Shown piece by piece: positions 1-10,230 of a stretch of DNA of 32,000 nucleotides. Below the pieces are notes generated by a model, which ran no database searches, was not told the origin of the DNA, and saw only the letters and a list, made by a program, of their open reading frames with translations. How positions within the stretch are numbered: the stretch's first letter is position 1; each line of letters begins with the position of its first letter. The stretch is from positions 510,001 to 542,000 of the forward strand of contig CP042461.1 in NCBI GenBank assembly GCA_004563595.2, written 5' to 3'. Both the position numbers and the translations under genes were made by a program. The DNA comes from Candidatus Saccharimonadota bacterium (GTDB lineage: Bacteria; Patescibacteriota; Gracilibacteria; BD1-5; UBA6164).

Positions 1-2397
1 ATAAGCTATTGTAACTCAAACATTTTCGAGTCTTGCTTCTAGATTTGCAATTTGGAGCTTAACTATTTTTTTAATATTCCCTTTATCAAGAGGCTTAAAT
101 ACAATAACTTTATCAATTCTATTTACAAACTCAGGAGAGAAGTAGTCAGTGAGATTTTCTTTTATTTTTGTACTTGCTTTTTCATAGTCAGCCATAACGG
201 AATCTTCTTGTTCACCTGATGCATCAAAACCAATTCTATGTGCTTTTTCCATAAATTCTTCTTGTCAGATATTCGAAGTCATTATGATAATGGTATTTTT
301 GAAATTTACCTGTCTTCATTTGTTATCTGTAAGAGTTCAGTCCTCCAAAATTTGGAGAAGAATATTATAGACCTCAAAATCTCATTTTTCAATTTCATCA
401 AAAAGAATAACTGAATATGGTTTTTTTCTTACTTTTTCAGTGAGCATCCCACCTTCTTCATATCATACATATCAAGCATTTGATCCGATGAGTTTATTTA
501 CAGCAGTTTTATCTGAATATTCACTCATGTCTATTTTGATAAGAGCATCTTTGTCATCATAAAATTCTTTTGCAAGGACTTTTACAAGTTCAGTTTTTCA
601 TACTCATGTTGGCCCGAGGAATAGGAAACTTCATAATGGTCTATTTGGATTTCAAATTCCAGCCTTGCTTCTCATAATTGATTTTACGATATTTTCACAT
701 GCTTCATCTTGACCAATAATACTTTTTTTAATATCCTTTGGTAAGTTCTTAAGCTTATCAATTTCGTGTTTATTTAAATTTGAAATAGGTATTCAGGTAG
801 CAATATGGAGTACTTTTTGTACATCATCAAGTGTGACACTGAGTCTTTTTTCTTTTGGAATGGTAAATTTTTTCTTTGCTTCAATAATTTTTGCTTCGAG
901 CTCAGCTTGATCTTCTTTGAGTTTATATGCTTTCTTGTATGATTGAGCGATAACTGCTTGCTCTATATTTTTTTGGAGAGATGCGATTTTTTCACGGAGT
1001 TTTTTTGTTTCTGTTTCATCAAAATTATACTTCATACTTTTTATACTACAAGCCTCATCAATAAGATCAATAGCTTTATCAGGTAAGTATTTATCCGTCA
1101 CATATCTCATTGATAGATCCACTGCTCATTTTACAGCATCAAAATCTATATTAAGGTTATGATAGTTTTCAAAAGATTCTTTGAGCCCATCAATAATTTG
1201 AGTAGCTATTTCTCTCGAAGGTTCATTTACTACAATCTTTTGAAACCTCCTTTCAAGTGCTGAATCTTTTTCTATATATTTTTGATATTCATTATTTGTA
1301 GTTGCTCAGATAACTCTTATTTTTCCTCTTCCCATTGCTGGTTTGAGTATATTTGAAGCATCAAGTGTTCATTCTCAACCTCAAGCTCAAATAATAGTAT
1401 GGATCTCGTCTATAAATAAGATAATTTCATTTTCTACTTTTGAAGCTTCTTCAATGACTTGCTTAATTCTTGATTCAAATTCTCATCTGTATTTTGTCCC
1501 TGCGATCAAAGAAGACATATCAAGTGACAAGACCCTTTTATCTTTCATTGAAAAAGGAACTTTTCATTCTATTATTTTGAGAGCCAATCCCTCTACAATA
1601 GCAGTTTTTCCAACTCAAGGTTCTCATACCAGAGCAGGATTATTTTTTGTTTTCCTATTTAATATTGCTATGAGTCTTTCGATTTCTTTATCTCTTCAAA
1701 GTATAACATCAAATTTTCAATCTCTTGCTTCTTTTGTCAGGTCATTTGAAAAGAAATCAAGTGCAGGAGTAGTAGATTCTTCTTTTTTATTGGTTTGCTC
1801 TTTATTGAGATCAAAAGGTGTGGTATCTCATTCTAAATTTTCCTCTCAAAGAAGGTTCTGAGTTAATGCTCATAATAATTTATCAATAGAATCATCTGCT
1901 AAATTCACATTTGTATTACTTGTTCAATATCATCCATTTTTTAATCCATCAATGGTTCATAATTTATTGAGATCTGTAAGGTTTGTGTCTATATCAGTTG
2001 TAACTATCCCAATATAATCTAAAAAGCTTGTAAACCAAGAGTCATTTTTAATCATAGATAATAAGAAGTCTTCTAAGCTGGCTTTTTCTTTAGAAAAACT
2101 TGCAGCTACTTTGACACTTCATAAAATGACGTTTTTTAATCTTGAACTCATCCCAGAATACACTCATTTTCTTATGCTTGGTGCTTCATTAAAAACTCAT
2201 TTGTTTATAATTTCAATGGCAAGTTTTTCATTTATTCAATAGAGTGCAAAAATTTCTTTTATTCCTCATGTCGAGTTTTTTATAATTTCTAAAAAAACAT
2301 CTTCAAGAGAAAGCTCTTTGAGTCACATTTGTTTTATATTATTTTCAGCATTTATGAGTACCTTTTTATATCCGTCAGAGAAGTTGTTGTATGACAT
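1..2397 (-). CDS. clpC: ClpC/ClpB-class AAA+ chaperone ATPase (N-terminal Clp repeats, two NBDs, short UVR-like linker). The C-terminus runs off the left edge.
   Basis: With TGA=Gly, track ORFs 16..252 and 793..1122 and the sequence between them form one frame from the ATG (rc) at 2395-2397. Walker A 1 reads PALVGEPGVGKTA, with two Gly encoded by TGA (rc of 1624-1626 and 1615-1617). Walker A 2 reads FLGPTGVGKTEL (rc near 601-640), also with TGA Gly. I read lines 241-660 in frame and found no TAA/TAG. The TGA at 16-18 is followed by more sense codons up to position 1. Confidence 0.9.
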
Positions 2398-2617
2398 TAT
2401 CTTTTGTTTTTATGATAAATTAAATTCTTCTTTAGTGTAGAGAGTTTCTTTTTCTTGTAAAGATATTTTTAAAAATTATGTTAAAAAATAGTTGTAAATT
2501 TTTATTATCATCTTATAATATCAATTATACTATATAAAACTGATTTTATTAAGTATTTTTCTATAAAATGGTTTTACTAGCGAGTAATATAATTTATAAT
2601 TTAAAACTTACTTTACT

Positions 2618-3121
2618 ATGTTCAATAAAAAATTCTTTATTCTTGCAACTTGATATGTAATGTGAGGACTTGTTTCGTCGTTTTATAATAAAAAGAAACC
2701 TGAACAATTAAAAACTGAGCTAAAAAAGGCAAGAAAGAATGGAGATGGAGATTTTCAAGTTTTACTAAATAGTTTCTTAGATACTCATAAAAATCTTATA
2801 CAAGATATAGAAAAGGAATTATTAACAGAAAAAAATAAAGAACTTTTTCATTCAAAAAAAGAAGAATTATTAAATATTGCAACAGTATATCAAACTGAGT
2901 GAAATAAGTTAATTGCTGAACTTAAATCTCAATGAAAAGATTTTATTGTTGAAGCATCTGATACATTAGAGAAGTTATATAATGAAAAAAAAGATGAACT
3001 CGATACTTTTAAAGATATTTCTCCAAAAAAAGTTGAAAATTTAAAAGATAATCTCCTCGCTTCTTTTGAGGAATTAAAAGAAGTAATTAAAAATGAGATA
3101 AAAAGTGAAAAAAAGAAATAA
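2618..3121 (+). CDS. Hypothetical small membrane-anchored coiled-coil protein (YtxH-like organisation, 167 aa)
   Basis: ATG at 2618, TAA at 3119-3121, four in-frame TGA read as Gly. It has an N-terminal hydrophobic segment FFILATGYVMGGLVSSF followed by a K/E-rich helical region. No motif-level identification. Confidence 0.5.
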
Positions 3122-3150
3122 ATAATATTTTACTATTAACTATCAAAGAC

Positions 3151-3729
3151 ATGAAAATCGAATTACCAGTACTTCCGTATGAAATGAATGCATTAGAACC
3201 ACATATTTCAGAAGAAACATTACAATATCATTATGGGAAACATCATAATACTTATGTTATGAAGCTGAATGGACTTATTCCAGGTACAGAGTTTGAAGGA
3301 AAAGATCTGGAAACTATTATAAAAACTTCAAATGGTGGAGTTTTTAACAATGCTGCACAAATTTGGAATCATACTTTTTACTGGAACTGTCTTGCTCCAA
3401 ATGCTTGAGGAATACCAGATTGATCTCTACTTGAAGCAATTGAAAACAATTTTGAAAGTTTTGAAAATTTTAAAGAAAAATTTACTGCTTCAGCTGTGAA
3501 TAATTTTTGATCAGGGTGGACTTGGTTAGTTAAAAATTTAGAAGGAAAATTAGAAATAGTAAATACTTCAAATGCAGAAACACCACTCACTGGAAACTAT
3601 AAGGTTCTCCTTACTTGTGATGTATGGGAGCATGCATATTATATTGATTATAGAAATGTGAGACCAGATTATCTCGCTGCGTTTTGGAATCTCGTTAATT
3701 GGGATTTTGTAAATAGTAATTTAAAATAA
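3151..3729 (+). CDS. sodB: Fe-type (Fe/Mn family) superoxide dismutase, 192 aa
   Basis: Track ORF 3151..3408 continues through TGA at 3406-3408, 3421-3423 and 3508-3510. Translation gives HHxKHH-type N-terminus, ...LAPNAGGIPDG..., FGSGWTWL and [30 protein letters not shown]. The YIDYRN region is typical of FeSOD. TAA at 3727-3729. Confidence 0.93.
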
Positions 3730-3746
3730 TACTCTCTTAAACTATA

Positions 3747-3786
3747 AAACATACAAAAGTAAAACTTTTTTTGTATGTTTTTTTGC
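3747..3786 (+). terminator. Rho-independent terminator after sodB
   Basis: Stem aacatacaaaa / ttttgtatgtt followed by a T-run (3748-3786). Confidence 0.6.
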
Positions 3787-3842
3787 TTTTTTGCCTTGAA
3801 ACCTTATTATTCAGGGTATTATCCAATAATGGAATTACAAAA

Positions 3843-4661
3843 ATGGAGGAACATTATTTATGAAATTCTGTGAAGAAAAAATGAGGGAAGTGATTCACTC
3901 TTGTAGAACTTTTAGTTATAGTATCGATTGTAGCAATTCTGGGTACAATCGGTTTTTTATCATATACATGATATACTATTCAAACAAGAAATGTGAAAAG
4001 GTCATCGGATCTTCATTCAATAATAAACAATATAGAAATTTCATTTATTGATAGCGTATCATTATTTTCTATGCTTGATAATACTTGATCAACACTTACC
4101 TCGACAGCTTCATGAGATAATATTCAAATATCGTGAAGAAGATATCCAGACTTGAATGGTTATTACGAAGCTTGAGATATTAATTATAGGATATTGTGAC
4201 TAGAAAAAGATAAATTTTTAGACCCATCAACGAATAAATCTTATAAACTGTGAGTTACTTCATTATGATATAGGTATGAGATAGGAGCGACATTAGAAAA
4301 ATCAGATTGATGAGATTCACTTATTATGTGAAATCGGAAGCCAAGAACTTCTCTATGAGCAAGATGAGAATGAACGGGAATATTATGAAATAGGTATTAT
4401 TTAGTCTCATGAAATTCTGCTGAATCGACATGATTAAAGCAAAGAGATATAGTAAATATAGGTACATGAGCTACAAGTTTAGATTATGTAATAATCGGGT
4501 TAAAATGAAATAAAGTATATTTAGACCAAGAAATTAACCAATGAGGAGATAATATATACTTGCAGTATGATGAAACTCGACATCTAATAAAAAGATGGGA
4601 TTCAAACTGGGCAATAGATATATGAAAAGGAAACATATATACTCCATATGAAATTAATTAG
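3843..4661 (+). CDS. Type IV pilin / pseudopilin-like protein with prepilin N-terminal cleavage/methylation domain (272 aa)
   Basis: The real frame differs from track ORF 3860..4051. From ATG 3843 it reads MEEHYLGNSVKKKGGKG|FTLVELLVIVSIVAILGTIGFLSY. The -1 Gly of the G|FTLxE site is the TGA at 3891-3893. There are many further TGA codons and the stop is TAG at 4659-4661. Confidence 0.75.
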
Positions 4662-5700
4662 TTACTTATTAAATAAAATAATTATGGCAAATAAAAACAA
4701 AGATGAAAACATGTTAGATGAACTTTTTGAAGATTTTACTGAAGTTCAAAAAAAGGAGAAAAATAATCAAGATAAAAATATAGAAAAATTGGATCCTAAG
4801 AAAAAAAAGAAACAAATTTTGATTCTTGTTGTTCTTTTAATTGCTGTATTGGTAGGATATTTTTTCTATTTAGAAAGTTTAGAAAATAGTGAGACTACAG
4901 TTACTCAGGATACAATTATTATTGATACTACAGATAGTGATTATGAAAATAATGTATGAGATTCAAATGATGTCAAAGAGAATCCAGATACAGATTATTC
5001 TATTGAACTCAAGGCGAGATATAAAAAACTCTATTCATTGTTTATTGATAGAACATGGGTAGTCACTGCTCGTTCAGATTTTACAAATGTTTGGTGAGAT
5101 GAGAATATTGAACAATTAGAAAAGTGATGACTAAAAATATCATACCCAAAGGGGAGTTATAAACCATCAGCAGATCCAAGGTGATGAGCAGGATTTATAT
5201 ATCATATATGAGATGATTATAAAAAATTAAAATTTTCTTATGATTTAGAGTTTGCTCCAAACTTTGATTTTGTTAAAGGGGGGAAGTTACCATGATTATG
5301 TTGATGAGATTGTGCAAGGGGTTGAGAAAATGCTAATAATGGTTTTTCTATTCGTTTTGCTTGGAAAAAAGATTGATATCTTGATACCTTAAGTTCAATT
5401 CCATGAGCATCAAAATATGGATCATACTCATGAAAAAAACTTTTTAAGTTTGAAGCATGAAAAAATTATAATATTTCACAAGAAATTATACTTAATACTC
5501 CATGAAAGAATGATGGATCTCTTATTGTAATGGTTGATGGAAGTGAAGTGTATAAGCAAACTGATTTACTTTATAGAAATAACTGAGCTATACAACTTGA
5601 TTCAATTCTATTTTCAACTTTTTTCTGAGGAAGCGATATCTCATGGGCTACTCCAGTTGCTACTTATATTAAATTTAGAAACTTCAAAATGAGTAAATAA
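4648..5700 (+). CDS. Signal-anchored secreted protein with polysaccharide-lyase family 14-like (PF14099-type) domain
   Basis: Track ORF 4648..4959 continues through the TGA at 4957. Motifs: SYPKGSYKPSADPRGGAGF, FVKGGKLPGLCGGDCARGG, NGFSIRFAWKKDGYLD, ILNTPGKNDGSLIVMVDGSEVY, FSTFFGGSDISWATP. TM segment ILILVVLLIAVLVGYFFYL. TAA at 5698-5700. The start could instead be ATG 4684. Confidence 0.65.
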
Positions 5701-5724
5701 TTTGTAAATATAATTTTTTCAGTC

Positions 5725-6576
5725 ATGAATAAACGTCAGCAAGCCATAAAAAAAATGATTATAAAAAACAAGGAGATTTTTTTTATTATTACTCTCTTTA
5801 TTTTTGCGATAATTATAATGACATTTAGTTTTCATGGGGGAAAAAAAGATGATTGAAAACTCGTTCAAGAAATTTCAGTTAATACTTTAAATAACTCACA
5901 AGCTCTTATGTTTGATAATTTTTTAAGTACACGTTGAAAGGTCTCTTGATATACTAATAATTGGTGACGTGAAAATATAATAAATTTTTCAAATGGCGAA
6001 TTAAAGATATTCTACCCAAAAGGGAGCTATACTCCATCAAAAAAGCCAGTCTGATGACTTGGATTTATTAAAAAGCTGAGTAATAGCTATGAACATGCAA
6101 AACTTACTTATAAAGTGAAATTTGATACTGATTTTGACTTTGTAAAGTGAGGGAAACTCCCCTGATTTTGTGGATGAGACTGTTCAAGGGGATGATTGGA
6201 TACAGATAATGGTTTTTCAACAAGATTTATGTGGAGAACAAATGGATATTTGGAAGTGTATGCATATTTAGCAACAAAAAAATGAACATATTGAAAAAGC
6301 CTATGAAGAGGAATGATAACGATGGTACCAGATAAATATTATGAAATCTCACAAGAAATAGTTCTTAATACTCCTGGAAAAGCAAACGGAGTACTTATTG
6401 TAAGTGTTGATGGAGAAGAAGTTTATAGAAATACTGAGCTTATATTTAGGAAAAATAGCTCTTTATGAATAGATTCATTATTATTTTCAACGTTTTTCTG
6501 ATGATGAGACCCGAGTTGGTCGAGTGAGAAAGATAATTATAGTTTTATGAAGGATTTTGAAATTTTTTATGAATAA
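5725..6576 (+). CDS. Second PL14-like signal-anchored protein, tandem paralog of 4648..5700
   Basis: ATG 5725, TAA 6574-6576. It has the same motif series: FYPKGSYTPSKKPVGGLGF, FVKGGKLPGFCGGDCSRGG, NGFSTRFMWRTNGYLEVYAY, LNTPGKANGVLIVSVDGEEVY, FSTFFGGGDPSW. TM segment IFFIITLFIFAIIIMTF. Confidence 0.65.
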
Positions 6577-6738
6577 ATGAAAAAAGCTGGGAATATTCTC
6601 AGCTTTAATTCCAATTACTTTATTTTCAACTTGATTACATATACTCCTATACTTAGGATGAGAGATATAAAACTTGCATTTTGTTGTTTTTATTGTAATA
6701 TATTGAGATGTTAATAGTTTATTTTTTTAGTAAATATT

Positions 6739-7038
6739 ATGGGTATTAAAGGAGGGGAAGGTTTAAAAATGGAAAGTATGGATATCTGAGAATATGATTT
6801 CAATAAAACGAATTGATGAAAACCTGTTGTTTTAGAGGAATCGTTATATGGTAAACCATTGGATATAACTAAATTCTTTAAGAATGAGACCATTGAAGTT
6901 TTAGATTTTCCTCCACATTATCCAGAGATTGATACAGCTTCTATTGATCCTGAAATCCTTGCATCAACTTTTCCTAAAGAAGGTGAAGGATGTTTAGATT
7001 TGAATGAGTTCATGAGAAAGATTGAGAAAAAATATTAG
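6739..7038 (+). CDS. Hypothetical protein (99 aa if ATG 6739; alternative starts at 6769 and 6778)
   Basis: Open frame with three TGA=Gly codons (6787, 6814, 6817) and TAG at 7036-7038. Native-style codon usage. No recognisable motif. Confidence 0.4.
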
Positions 7039-7068
7039 TTAAACTTACATTTTGATATTTATATATAT

Positions 7069-7097
7069 TTGACAAAAATATTTAAATATATATAAAT
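7069..7097 (+). promoter_or_regulatory. Sigma70-type promoter of the GT2 operon
   Basis: TTGACA at 7069-7074, a 16-17 nt spacer, then TATAAA/ATAAAT at 7091-7097. A GGAGAG Shine-Dalgarno site at 7132-7137 lies 6-8 nt before ATG 7144. Confidence 0.55.
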
Positions 7098-7143
7098 AGT
7101 CTACGAACTATTTTTAAATTTTTTTTGAAATGGAGAGTACGAC

Positions 7144-8688
7144 ATGGCTGATTTTATGCCACACAAACCAGAACAAACAGAATCTTCTAAGGATAGCCGA
7201 ATTTTAGTATCGGCTTTTACTGGTTTGATTTTTTTTGGTCTGATATCACATATAGCAGTTAATATTGATGATCTTTTGCTTCTTACAAAAGGATCAATGA
7301 CATCAGTGATTGCTTATGTGGCAGGGGTTGGAATTATTTCTGCTTGGAGATATTCTAACTATTTGTATAACGCGTATCGAGCTGTTACATATAAGTTTTG
7401 GTACAAAACTTGGGAAGAAGAAGTAGAGTCTCATGACTTACCTCTTCCATATGACTTACTTGAAGTTCATGTGATGGCATATGAGGAAACTCCTCTTGTT
7501 TTTGCTACTTGTTTTCGATCATTGGCAATTGATGTTGCATCAACTGAAATACCAGCAGTTATTTATGTGAGTATTTCTAAAGATAAAGCAAGAGCTTCGG
7601 TTGATTTACAGGTCATTAAGAAAACCATTAATGGTTTGGAAAAAGAGAATATTATTGTTGTTGATAATGCTACAAGGAAGTTAATCACTATTAATCAGAA
7701 AGGGCAAGGAAAGAAAAATGCACTTGCAAGTTCGATTGATATGGGATTAACTAACCCTAGTATGCAAAGTATACGACGAGCTGTTCTACTTATGGACTGT
7801 GATCAATTTATTGTGAAAGGAACGATTAAGAGATCTTTAAAATTTTTAGGATCGAGCGATAGAGTAAATGCTGTTACTCCTAGTAATAGAGCATGGTGCC
7901 TTACTGATAGTGATGCATATGTTGAACTATCATCTGTACGGCTTGGTCCTCGAAGAGATCATTCAATGTCAGTAGCAGCTACGGTAGCTACTGGTAGATT
8001 TGTGATATTTGAAGGGGAGTTTATTACTAAAACTCTTGTTAAAAAACTAAATCATGATATTTATACTTATGATGAGTTTGGGAGTTTTATAGCAGCTACA
8101 GGTGAGGATAAACGTACGTATTTGGACCTTCTTGAAAAAGGGGGTGATATAGCATTTTTATTATCTGTAGTAGTTTTTTCTATTGAGGAACCAGAGAATG
8201 AAGAAAAACCTATAAGGTCATTTGTTTCACAAATGTTTCGTTATAAGGGAAATTCCCATCGTTTTCATTCAAAAGTTCTTAAGCTTCCACCAGAGTTGCT
8301 TGACTTTCAGAAAAGACGAATATTTTGGGATCAAAAATGGGCATTCTGGACTCCTATAACAGGAATTTTAAGCGCTTTAGTCGGTTTAGTAATGTGGGGA
8401 AAAGTTGTAGTTGAAATATACTTTGTTGGAGCGTACTTAATAAGGGAAATCCAGGCAAGGTATTACTGTTGGTTTACTGGGGTGAAATATTCTCCATGGA
8501 TGCCGATAACTATTTATTTTGATCAAACTTTTGGAGCTTTTATTGATTTATTGGCTAGGTTTACACCAAATGTTTCAAAATGGATACAGAAAGGAGTACC
8601 TCAGGGGGGAGAAATTCAAGCGGTATCAATACTTAATATTACTATTACATTTATGGCAGTATTTCTGCTTATATTAACGATTACTTAG
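7144..8688 (+). CDS. Membrane-embedded processive family-2 glycosyltransferase (hyaluronan synthase / NodC / chitin synthase / Alg8 class), 514 aa
   Basis: Uninterrupted even in the standard code. Two N-terminal TM helices and several C-terminal ones flank a cytosolic domain carrying QKGQGKKNAL, LLMDCDQF (DxD), ATGEDKRTY (GEDR-type) and QMFRYKGNSHR (a QxxRW-type motif with Y in place of W). I counted about 28 Gly, all GGN and none TGA. TAG stop. Confidence 0.8.
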   Translation: MADFMPHKPEQTESSKDSRILVSAFTGLIFFGLISHIAVNIDDLLLLTKGSMTSVIAYVAGVGIISAWRYSNYLYNAYRAVTYKFWYKTWEEEVESHDLPLPYDLLEVHVMAYEETPLVFATCFRSLAIDVASTEIPAVIYVSISKDKARASVDLQVIKKTINGLEKENIIVVDNATRKLITINQKGQGKKNALASSIDMGLTNPSMQSIRRAVLLMDCDQFIVKGTIKRSLKFLGSSDRVNAVTPSNRAWCLTDSDAYVELSSVRLGPRRDHSMSVAATVATGRFVIFEGEFITKTLVKKLNHDIYTYDEFGSFIAATGEDKRTYLDLLEKGGDIAFLLSVVVFSIEEPENEEKPIRSFVSQMFRYKGNSHRFHSKVLKLPPELLDFQKRRIFWDQKWAFWTPITGILSALVGLVMWGKVVVEIYFVGAYLIREIQARYYCWFTGVKYSPWMPITIYFDQTFGAFIDLLARFTPNVSKWIQKGVPQGGEIQAVSILNITITFMAVFLLILTIT

Positions 8689-8696
8689 GGGGAAAT

Positions 8697-10124
8697 ATGA
8701 ATTCACCAATTTCTGAAGCAGAAGTATTGCATCATTCACACCCAGCACTTAAATTTCGAGTAGGAGATATATTATATGATATTAATGGCTGGAATTCTGT
8801 AACAATAGAATTGAAGACAAAGTTGCCAGATGACATTACTGATGCTGTTTTAGAGATATGGGATAAAAAACGAAAGGGGCTTATTCCATTACTGGTTGAT
8901 GATCTTCATGAGTCTGAGGGTAGACACTTTCTCTATCCTATACAAGAAGTAGGGGATGAATCCAATGGTCGACTCGTTGTTTTAGAAGGTGAGGTCGCTA
9001 TAGGTGATTCTGATAGCTGGGTTCAGGATTTGTCAGCTAGAGTTCCATTGGAGACAATAGATCATGATCATATAGCAGATATAAAGATGAAGCGTAGGAT
9101 GCCTCTGAAATTTAAGTTTCTTGGCTGGACGTTATTCACAGCTTTAGCTTTTGCGATTAGCTATGAAGTCATGTTCAAAGATATTGCATTAACAGCATAT
9201 TCAAGCCCTCAGTCTGTTGATCGCTTCCGACAATCAGGATTGGAAGTAAAAACTTCTTCTGTTGGTCAGGATGTTGAAGAAAACAGTGTGTACCTGAGCT
9301 TAAATGACTTTGATTTAATTGATAGGAAAACTGCACTAGAGAGTGAAGAAAAGCTATGGAGATCTAAAATAGCTTTGGCAATAGCAAGGTTTAATACCTT
9401 GAATATAAGAGTTAATCTTGATCGAGAGTTACTTACACCATTACTTGAGGAAAAAATAAAAAGAAGAACTGCTATGGGGAATGGTCATGAACATGCATTT
9501 TCTGCATATGAAATGGCTGATATAAACATTGAAGTACTTAATCTTCAGGCAAGATCAAATGCTTTAGAAAAAGGAGTTATTAACAATGGGGATACTACTC
9601 AATCTATTAATGTCTTTCAAGAAGAGTTAGATGTTCAGAGAGCTGAATTGAAAAAAGTAGTTAATGGTTTAAAATCATTAGAATTACAGGAAGCAAATTT
9701 AGAAAAACTAGCTCCATCTGATTCCAACTTTATAGAATTTATTGAAGGAGGAGAGAATGCCGAATTTAGTAAAGCTATTTTTATACCACTTGATAATACA
9801 GAAAATGTTATCATAGTAGCAGCCATAAGTCGGGATATATTTAATAGACTTTCTGGTAATGAAGTGTATTATAGTAGGGTAGGTGGAGGAATGTGGAGGT
9901 CAGCTCCATATGAAGTATTAAGTGACCTTGACTTAAAAAACTTCTACTTATCTAAAGACTTCTTAAATGGAGATACTGTTAAAATAAAAATAAAAACAGA
10001 AATAGGTGGGGAACTACGCAAGGAGCTCATTGGGGAACCAGTGAATGTTCATGTACCTGTAGTGCCTCTTAATTTCATGCCTCGATGGCTTCATCCTAGG
10101 GTTTTTCTATCCTATGTGATTTAG
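8697..10124 (+). CDS. Co-polymerase/export partner: ~140-aa cytoplasmic domain, one TM helix, then a periplasmic coiled-coil plus beta-rich region resembling membrane-fusion (HlyD-like) proteins. The architecture is Alg44/BgsB-like.
   Basis: GGGGG SD at 8688-8692, ATG 8697 (8 nt after the upstream TAG). TM segment FLGWTLFTALAFAISYEVMF. Heptad-like stretches (LNLQARSNALEKG..., ELDVQRAELKKVVNGLKSLELQEANLEKL) are followed by VIIVAAISRDIFNRLSGNEVYY and GDTVKIKIKTEIGG, which resemble an MFP barrel. No TGA codon. TAG stop. Confidence 0.55.
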   Translation: MNSPISEAEVLHHSHPALKFRVGDILYDINGWNSVTIELKTKLPDDITDAVLEIWDKKRKGLIPLLVDDLHESEGRHFLYPIQEVGDESNGRLVVLEGEVAIGDSDSWVQDLSARVPLETIDHDHIADIKMKRRMPLKFKFLGWTLFTALAFAISYEVMFKDIALTAYSSPQSVDRFRQSGLEVKTSSVGQDVEENSVYLSLNDFDLIDRKTALESEEKLWRSKIALAIARFNTLNIRVNLDRELLTPLLEEKIKRRTAMGNGHEHAFSAYEMADINIEVLNLQARSNALEKGVINNGDTTQSINVFQEELDVQRAELKKVVNGLKSLELQEANLEKLAPSDSNFIEFIEGGENAEFSKAIFIPLDNTENVIIVAAISRDIFNRLSGNEVYYSRVGGGMWRSAPYEVLSDLDLKNFYLSKDFLNGDTVKIKIKTEIGGELRKELIGEPVNVHVPVVPLNFMPRWLHPRVFLSYVI

Positions 10125-10140
10125 TACATCTACAAAAATA

Positions 10141-10170
10141 AAAACCTACATTTAATGTAGGTTTTTATTT
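10141..10170 (+). terminator. Rho-independent terminator of the GT2 operon
   Basis: aaaacctacat ... atgtaggtttt stem followed by tattttg (10141-10170). Confidence 0.7.
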
Positions 10171-10230
10171 TGCATTTTAATATAAATACTATATAATATA
10201 GTATATATATTAATTCATAACTATAAAATT

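Noticed and set aside
1343-1861. 172-aa plus-strand ORF. Similar antisense ORFs are 3378..3590, 9635..9826, 22199..22549, 24890..25195, 26303..26593, 26719..26916 and 27529..27738.
   Set aside because: Each lies antisense to a well-supported conserved gene (clpC, sodB, the synthase partner, dapD, ileS) and has a low-complexity, unrecognisable translation. They are shadow ORFs.
6578-6715. 45-aa ORF (MKKAGNILSF...) and an 8-bp hairpin aagctggg/ctcagctt right after the second PL14 gene
   Set aside because: The ORF is short and Cys/Phe-rich with no motif. The hairpin is not followed by a T-run, so I call it neither a gene nor a terminator.
8697-9120. PilZ domain call for the N-terminal domain of the synthase partner
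   Set aside because: The defining RxxxR and D/NxSxxG motifs are not visible. DINGWNSV is only a vague resemblance. The domain is left unassigned.
7039-10230. Mobile-element boundaries (integrase, transposase, direct repeats, tRNA target) around the TGA-free operon, and likewise around dapD
   Set aside because: No recombinase gene is present. The flanks are A/T-rich low-complexity sequence in which I could not identify convincing direct or inverted repeats. I describe the foreign origin without calling a mobile element.
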